32,000 nucleotides of DNA, from assembly GCA_964400415.1 (NCBI GenBank), contig CAYNTP010000021.1, forward strand, positions 40,218 through 72,217, written 5' to 3'. The translations under genes and the position numbers were made by a program. Source of the stretch: an uncultured Parafilimonas sp. GTDB lineage: Bacteria; Bacteroidota; Bacteroidia; Chitinophagales; Chitinophagaceae. Shown here one piece after another: positions 26,954 through 32,000 of this stretch (position 1 is the first letter of the stretch; every line of letters starts with the position of its first letter). The notes below the pieces were generated by a model that made no database searches, was not told the DNA's origin, and saw nothing but the letters and a program-made list of their open reading frames with translations.

Positions 26954-28378
26954 ATGGACTACCGTATAGAAAAAGATACATTAGGCGAAGTAAAAGTTCC
27001 TGCCAATGTTTACTGGGGCGCACAAACACAGCGCAGCATTGAAAATTTTAAGATTGCACAAGACATTAATAAAATGCCCAAACCTATTATACATGCATTT
27101 GCCTTTTTGAAAAAAGCGGCTGCACTTGCCAATAATGAATTAAAAGTTTTACCCGATAACAAATGCATGGCTATCGGCCAGGTGTGTGATGAAATTTTGG
27201 AAGGAAAATTAGATGACCAGTTTCCACTGGTTGTGTGGCAAACAGGAAGTGGTACACAAAGTAATATGAATGTGAATGAAGTGGTGGCTTATCGTGCACA
27301 TGTTTTGAATGGTGGAGCATTAAGTGATAAAGAAAAATTCCTGCACCCGAATGATGATGTCAACAAATCACAATCATCCAATGACACTTTCCCTACAGCG
27401 ATGCACATTGCTGCATATAAAATGCTTGCTGAAACAACTATTCCCGGTATTGAAAAACTGCGGGATACTTTAAGAGCAAAGAGCAAAGAATTTATGCATG
27501 TGGTAAAAATAGGCCGCACACATTTTATGGATGCAACTCCACTTACTGTTGGGCAGGAATTCAGTGGCTATGCATCACAGTTAGACCATGCATTGAAGGC
27601 TATCAGAAATTCATTATCACACTTAAGTGAACTGGCATTAGGTGGCACAGCAGTTGGCACCGGCATCAACACCCCAAAAGGATATGCAGAACTGGTTGCG
27701 AAAAAGATTGCAGATTTAACTGGGCTGCCTTTCATCACTGCAGAAAATAAATTTGAAAGCCTGGCAGCACATGATGCAATTGTGGAAGCACATGGCGCTT
27801 TAAAAACAACAGCAGTCAGTTTAATGAAAATTGCCAATGATGTGCGTATGTTATCATCAGGGCCACGTGCAGGCATTGGCGAAATTTATATTCCAGACAA
27901 TGAACCCGGGTCTTCCATCATGCCGGGAAAAGTGAACCCCACACAATGTGAAGCATTAACGATGATTGCAGCACAGGTGATGGGCAATGATGTAGCAATT
28001 AATATTGGAGGCGCTACAGGCCATTTTGAATTGAACGTGTTTAAACCGGTAATGATTTATAATTTTTTACACAGCGCAAGGTTGATAGGTGAAGGCTGTA
28101 TTTCTTTCAATGATAAATGTGCAGTAGGCATAAAACCAATTGAAGAAAATATTAAAAAACATGTTGATAACAGCCTGATGCTCGTTACTGCCCTCAACAC
28201 AAAAATCGGTTATTACAATGCAGCAGCGATAGCCCAGGATGCACACAAACGCGGTATCACATTAAAACAGGCAGCGCTGGAATATGAATTAAAAGGGCTT
28301 GATTTTAAACATATCACTGCGGAACAATTTGATGAATGGGTGGTTCCAAAAAATATGGTTGGAGAAATAAAAGCATAA
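26954..28378 (+). CDS. fumC: Class II fumarate hydratase
   Basis: 474 aa. [34 protein letters not shown], signature [16 protein letters not shown] (FumC-type rather than the AspA-type PAKVNPVVPE). Confidence 0.92.
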   Translation: MDYRIEKDTLGEVKVPANVYWGAQTQRSIENFKIAQDINKMPKPIIHAFAFLKKAAALANNELKVLPDNKCMAIGQVCDEILEGKLDDQFPLVVWQTGSGTQSNMNVNEVVAYRAHVLNGGALSDKEKFLHPNDDVNKSQSSNDTFPTAMHIAAYKMLAETTIPGIEKLRDTLRAKSKEFMHVVKIGRTHFMDATPLTVGQEFSGYASQLDHALKAIRNSLSHLSELALGGTAVGTGINTPKGYAELVAKKIADLTGLPFITAENKFESLAAHDAIVEAHGALKTTAVSLMKIANDVRMLSSGPRAGIGEIYIPDNEPGSSIMPGKVNPTQCEALTMIAAQVMGNDVAINIGGATGHFELNVFKPVMIYNFLHSARLIGEGCISFNDKCAVGIKPIEENIKKHVDNSLMLVTALNTKIGYYNAAAIAQDAHKRGITLKQAALEYELKGLDFKHITAEQFDEWVVPKNMVGEIKA

Positions 28379-28444
28379 TGCTTTAAAGAATAAAACAATT
28401 TCTAAGGCAGCCTTACGTTATTAGAGCTGACCAAGTGTACGACC

Positions 28445-29365
28445 ATGAACAAAACTTTTTTCTATTTAATTTTTGCCTGTTGTATTACAACTTTTTTTTC
28501 CTGTGAAAAAGAATTGAGCGAAGAACATGATACAGCAATACAGTCTGAAGGTAGTTTATGGGATAGTACCGGAAGTTGTTTACCTTATACAGTTTATGGC
28601 ACGGTGTATGGCGGCATTACACCGGGTTCAGATACAGCTTATGTAGAAATACAGGTGGATGTAACTTCAACCGGTTCATATAAAATTGAAAGTGATTTAC
28701 AGGACGGTTTCCAGTATTCAGATTCAGGATTTTTCAGCAATACAGGTTTGAATATTGTTCATTTAAAACCTATAGGTACACCTATTATTCCCGGAACGTT
28801 TACATTTAATATCAATTACGACAGCACCTATTGTTCATTTACTATAAATGTACAAGACAGCACCGGTACTGGTTTGGGAGGTCATGACACGACAGGTAGA
28901 TCTGATTTAGATGGTAGCTGGCAGTTTACCACCGGCGATGGAACATTCTCCGGCAGTTTTGATACAGCATTTATTGAAACTGATACTACCATTTGGGGAA
29001 CAGGTGGCAAGATGCTCACCTTACAAGGTTTTAAATCACCTTCACTTGATACAGTGCTTGAACTACATTTATATTTACCTACAGACACAATACAGGTTGG
29101 CGCATATAATACCACTGACCTGCCTCCAAACAACTCAGCATTTTTTGCATTGGTTGATTATGATTTGAATACAGGTATTGGCACACCCATTTACCAGGCT
29201 TTGCCAAATGATACTGCAGCTACAATAATTACCTTTAATATCACTTCTTATGATTCAATAACACATATTGTTTCAGGGACATTCCTTGGTACAGCAGGTG
29301 ATGTAAATGATGACCCCATAGTCAACGTTGTCAATGGCAGTTTTACTGCAACTGTATCGCCATAA
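28445..29365 (+). CDS. Hypothetical lipoprotein (Thr/Gly/Asp-rich)
   Basis: 306 aa with lipobox TTFFSC. C-terminal pattern ITFNITSYDSITHIVSGTFLGTAGD...VNGSFTATV. I recognise no family. Confidence 0.55.
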   Translation: MNKTFFYLIFACCITTFFSCEKELSEEHDTAIQSEGSLWDSTGSCLPYTVYGTVYGGITPGSDTAYVEIQVDVTSTGSYKIESDLQDGFQYSDSGFFSNTGLNIVHLKPIGTPIIPGTFTFNINYDSTYCSFTINVQDSTGTGLGGHDTTGRSDLDGSWQFTTGDGTFSGSFDTAFIETDTTIWGTGGKMLTLQGFKSPSLDTVLELHLYLPTDTIQVGAYNTTDLPPNNSAFFALVDYDLNTGIGTPIYQALPNDTAATIITFNITSYDSITHIVSGTFLGTAGDVNDDPIVNVVNGSFTATVSP

Positions 29366-29373
29366 ATATTTTG

Positions 29374-29395
29374 AAAAAATAAAGCCGGTTGGCTT
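29374..29395 (-). terminator. Possible intrinsic terminator for lspA
   Basis: On the minus strand: AAGCC-AACC-GGCTT followed by TATTTTTTC. The stem is only 5 bp, and the site is ~110 nt past the lspA stop. Confidence 0.35.
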
Positions 29396-29502
29396 GCATA
29401 CTATTGCTTCAATCATTTTGTGATAAAGAAACACTGAATTATTTGATAAAAAATTCAGGAGAATAAGAGATGAAATCTCCAAACAAAAAGTTTCTTTTAC
29501 AA

Positions 29503-30195
29503 TTACATTGTTTTCATCTCATCTTTTATTTCAGGAGTATTTACTTCTGTAGCTGATGCAGTAGTTATAGAATTATTAGCATTGTTTTTTGCCGGAAAGA
29601 ATTTTTTCTGCCAAATCAGCAAAGCAATTACACCGATAGAGATTGATGAATCTGCAAGATTAAAAACAGGTGCAAAGAAATCAAAATCCTCACCTCTCCA
29701 GGAAGGTATAGGAAACCATGAAGGATATTGTGTATGGATTAACGGGAAATAAAGCATGTCCACCACTTTTCCATGGAAGAATGTTGCATAACCGCCGCCG
29801 GCAGGAAATAAAGTTGCAATGGTAAAAGGGTTGCTATCAGAAAAAATCAAACCATAAAACATACTGTCAATAAGGTTGCCAAAAGCGCCTGCATAAATCA
29901 ATGCTGCACAAATAATAAAACCCTTGTGGTATTTCTTTTTAATAATCATCCTTAAATAAAAAGTGCCAAGGATGACTGCAACCAGCCTGAAAAGCGTAAG
30001 AATAATTTTTCCAAAGCCACCACCAAATTTCAAACCCCAGGCCATGCCTTCATTTTCAACGAAGTGCAGCCGGAACCAGGGGCCCAAAACATTATGTTCC
30101 TCACCAAGAGTGTAATTGAGTTTGATGTAAAATTTGAGGGCCTGGTCTGCAATTAGAATCAGGATTATTAACAGCGCAATATTTCTTCCTTTCAT
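29503..30195 (-). CDS. lspA: Lipoprotein signal peptidase (signal peptidase II) with a C-terminal extension
   Basis: 230 aa. VENEGMAWGL, AFGNLIDSMFYG, GKVVDMLYF, FNLADSSISIGV (catalytic Asp regions). Four hydrophobic helices. Confidence 0.85.
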   Translation of the reverse strand: MKGRNIALLIILILIADQALKFYIKLNYTLGEEHNVLGPWFRLHFVENEGMAWGLKFGGGFGKIILTLFRLVAVILGTFYLRMIIKKKYHKGFIICAALIYAGAFGNLIDSMFYGLIFSDSNPFTIATLFPAGGGYATFFHGKVVDMLYFPLIHTQYPSWFPIPSWRGEDFDFFAPVFNLADSSISIGVIALLIWQKKFFPAKNNANNSITTASATEVNTPEIKDEMKTM

Positions 30196-30795
30196 TGAAA
30201 ACTTAATTTGGAAAAATTGAGAGCCGCAAATATAGGATTTAAAGATGTGAGCAATTGGTTAAGTTACAAAATTGGGTAGAAGGGCATTTCCGGAGGAAAA
30301 AATACAGGGAAAACAATCAAATGCTTAACTGATGTAAAAAGTTTCTGCCTTGGAGGTGGAATGAATTTTCAATGGCATACCATTAAATTTTTAAAAGATA
30401 ATTCCAGGATAACAATTTCATATAAATGAAATCACATTGCAAACCGATTTGACTATGGAACAATTAAAAGTTATTGCGGAACAACTTTTTATTAAAAAAA
30501 TCAGGCTGACAAAGAACCTGCAATAGCATTTTACACCCTATCGAAACTAATAAGTACAATTACCTGCAAATAAAATCGCCCGTTAATAAGTATATTTGAA
30601 TTTGACCGAACAAATCAAAACCTAAACAATAAGAACTAAAAATAACTGAAGCACAAATACTTTTCTGTGAATTAAATGAAAATCACCCTAACTGAAATGA
30701 AAGAACAATGCTAAACTATCCCCATTACTTTTTTGAAGAAATGAAAACGAAGAATAAAAAAGCTTGAAAAAGTTTCAATCTGCTTTAAAATTTAA

Positions 30796-31671
30796 ATGAA
30801 GATGAAAGAAGAAATTATTTTATATCGCATAGGTAACAATGTGACACACCTGGAGGTTAAGGTGGAAAATGACACTGTTTGGCTCAACAGGCATCAATTA
30901 GCCATCTTATTTGACAGGGATATAAAGACAATTGGAAAACACATTGTGAATGTTTTACATGAAGAACTATCTGGATATTCAGTTGTCGCAAAATTTGCGA
31001 CAACTGCCGCCGATGGTAAAATTTATCAAACTGAATACTACAATCTTGATATGATTATTTCGGTTGGTTATCGTGTAAAATCACAGCGCGGCATTCAATT
31101 CAGAATTTGGGCAAACCAGGTTTTAAAAGACTATTTATTAAAAGGCTATGCCATCAATAACAGGGTGAACAGGCTGGAGGATAATTTTGAAACTCTAAAG
31201 AAAAAAGTGAATGAAATAGACCTGCAAATCAATACCCACCTCATCCCCACACAAGGTGTATTCTTTGATGGCCAGGTGTTTGATGCTTATGAACTGGCAT
31301 CTAAAATTATCCGCTCAGCAAAAAGCGAAATTATTCTTATTGACAATTATATGGATGAATCCACACTGACCCATTTATCAAAAAAGAAAAAGAATGTAAA
31401 GGTATTGCTGCTTACAAAATCTATCAGTCAGCAACTGGAATTGGACGTACAAAAAGCCAACACCCAATACGGAAATTTTGAAGTAAAAATTTTCAACAAA
31501 AGCCATGACCGGTTTTTAATAATTGACCAAAAAGAAATTTATCATTCAGGTGCTTCACTGAAAGATTTAGGGAAACGGTGGTTTGCATTTTCTAAGATGG
31601 ATAAAGAAAGTGTACGAATTATGGATAACATAAAAATGATAATGAAAAGTAAAATGACAAATAATTCTTAA
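30796..31671 (+). CDS. RhuM/ORF6N-type DNA-binding-like N-domain fused to a C-terminal PLD-like-looking module (HDRFLIID...GASLKDLG)
   Basis: 291 aa. N-terminus IILYRIGNNVTHLEVKVENDTVWLNRHQLAILFDRDIKTIGKHI...YYNLDMIISVGYRVKSQRGIQFRIWANQVLKDYLLKGY. C-terminus SEIILIDNYMDESTL...SHDRFLIIDQKEIYHSGASLKDLGKRWFAFSKMD. Confidence 0.7.
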   Translation: MKMKEEIILYRIGNNVTHLEVKVENDTVWLNRHQLAILFDRDIKTIGKHIVNVLHEELSGYSVVAKFATTAADGKIYQTEYYNLDMIISVGYRVKSQRGIQFRIWANQVLKDYLLKGYAINNRVNRLEDNFETLKKKVNEIDLQINTHLIPTQGVFFDGQVFDAYELASKIIRSAKSEIILIDNYMDESTLTHLSKKKKNVKVLLLTKSISQQLELDVQKANTQYGNFEVKIFNKSHDRFLIIDQKEIYHSGASLKDLGKRWFAFSKMDKESVRIMDNIKMIMKSKMTNNS

Positions 31672-31689
31672 TCATTCAAATACTTCAAA

Positions 31690-32000
31690 ATGAAAAACGA
31701 GATTGTTCTTTACTACCCGAATGAAAATACCGAACATATTGAAGTAAGAATTCATGAAGAAACTGTATGGTTAACACAAGAACAATTAGTTTACTTGTTT
31801 CAAAGAGACCAATCTGTTATTTCACGTCATATTCGAAATGTTTTCAATGAAGGTGAACTGGAAGAAAAAAGCAATATGCAAAAAATGCATATTCCAAATT
31901 CAGATAAACCTGTCGCTTTTTATAATCTCGATGTTATTATATCAGTAGGCTATCGGGTGAAATCAAAACAAGGCACACAGTTCAGAATCTGGGCAACAAG
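31690..32000 (+). CDS. RhuM-family protein, N-terminal fragment (runs off the window); paralogue of the preceding gene's N-domain
   Basis: Not in the ORF track because it is open to the window end. My own translation from the ATG at 31690: MKNEIVLYYPNENTEHIEVRIHEETVWLTQEQLVYLFQRDQSVISRHIRNVFNEGELEEKSNMQKMHIPNSDKPVAFYNLDVIISVGYRVKSKQGTQFRIWAT. Confidence 0.75.
   Translation, partial: MKNEIVLYYPNENTEHIEVRIHEETVWLTQEQLVYLFQRDQSVISRHIRNVFNEGELEEKSNMQKMHIPNSDKPVAFYNLDVIISVGYRVKSKQGTQFRIWAT

Noticed and set aside
29468-29480. Small hairpin GAGAT-GAA-ATCTC just downstream of the lspA stop
   Set aside because: It is a 5-bp stem with a 3-nt loop and no adjacent U-run on the relevant strand. It is too weak to call a terminator.

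Overview
Low-GC chromosomal segment that looks Bacteroidota-like. That is an inference from the protein families, lipobox and Tat-signal enzymes, glycoside hydrolases, and an IS200/RayT protein starting MANTYTQIHI. No database search was possible, so every product call rests on motifs I recognise in the supplied translations. About 24 real genes are present; most other track ORFs are antisense shadows. Housekeeping and metabolic content: LldD-family dehydrogenase fragment, nucleoside:H+ symporter plus ABM-fold protein, ferritin, a half-size carB, a Tat-signal sugar-phosphate isomerase/epimerase, an APH-kinase::class-III aminotransferase fusion, a GH63-like hydrolase plus GH2 beta-galactosidase, a META/HslJ lipoprotein, an ABC-2 exporter pair, fumC, a lipoprotein and lspA. 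The best candidate for an undescribed system is an AT-rich block at about 3.6-9.7 kb. It holds a minus-strand operon encoding a 3-TM Cys-cluster membrane protein, a leaderless SH3b-like + S1 (GDSGAP) serine protease whose start overlaps the upstream stop (TAATG), and a 646-aa secreted protein with a probable C-terminal beta-barrel. This operon converges on a leaderless clostripain-like (C11, clan CD) cysteine protease, and an orphan propeller/Y_Y_Y histidine kinase lies next to that. I propose a protease-coupled membrane or envelope module of unknown function; a defence or abortive-infection role is only a hypothesis. Other notable items: a REPtron (RayT flanked by inverted REP hairpins plus a ~49-bp tandem REP array that mimics a CRISPR), a stand-alone N-terminal half of CarB ending at the domain boundary, and tandem RhuM/ORF6N-type genes after a 600-bp ORF-free gap at the right edge, possibly the border of a restriction/defence island.
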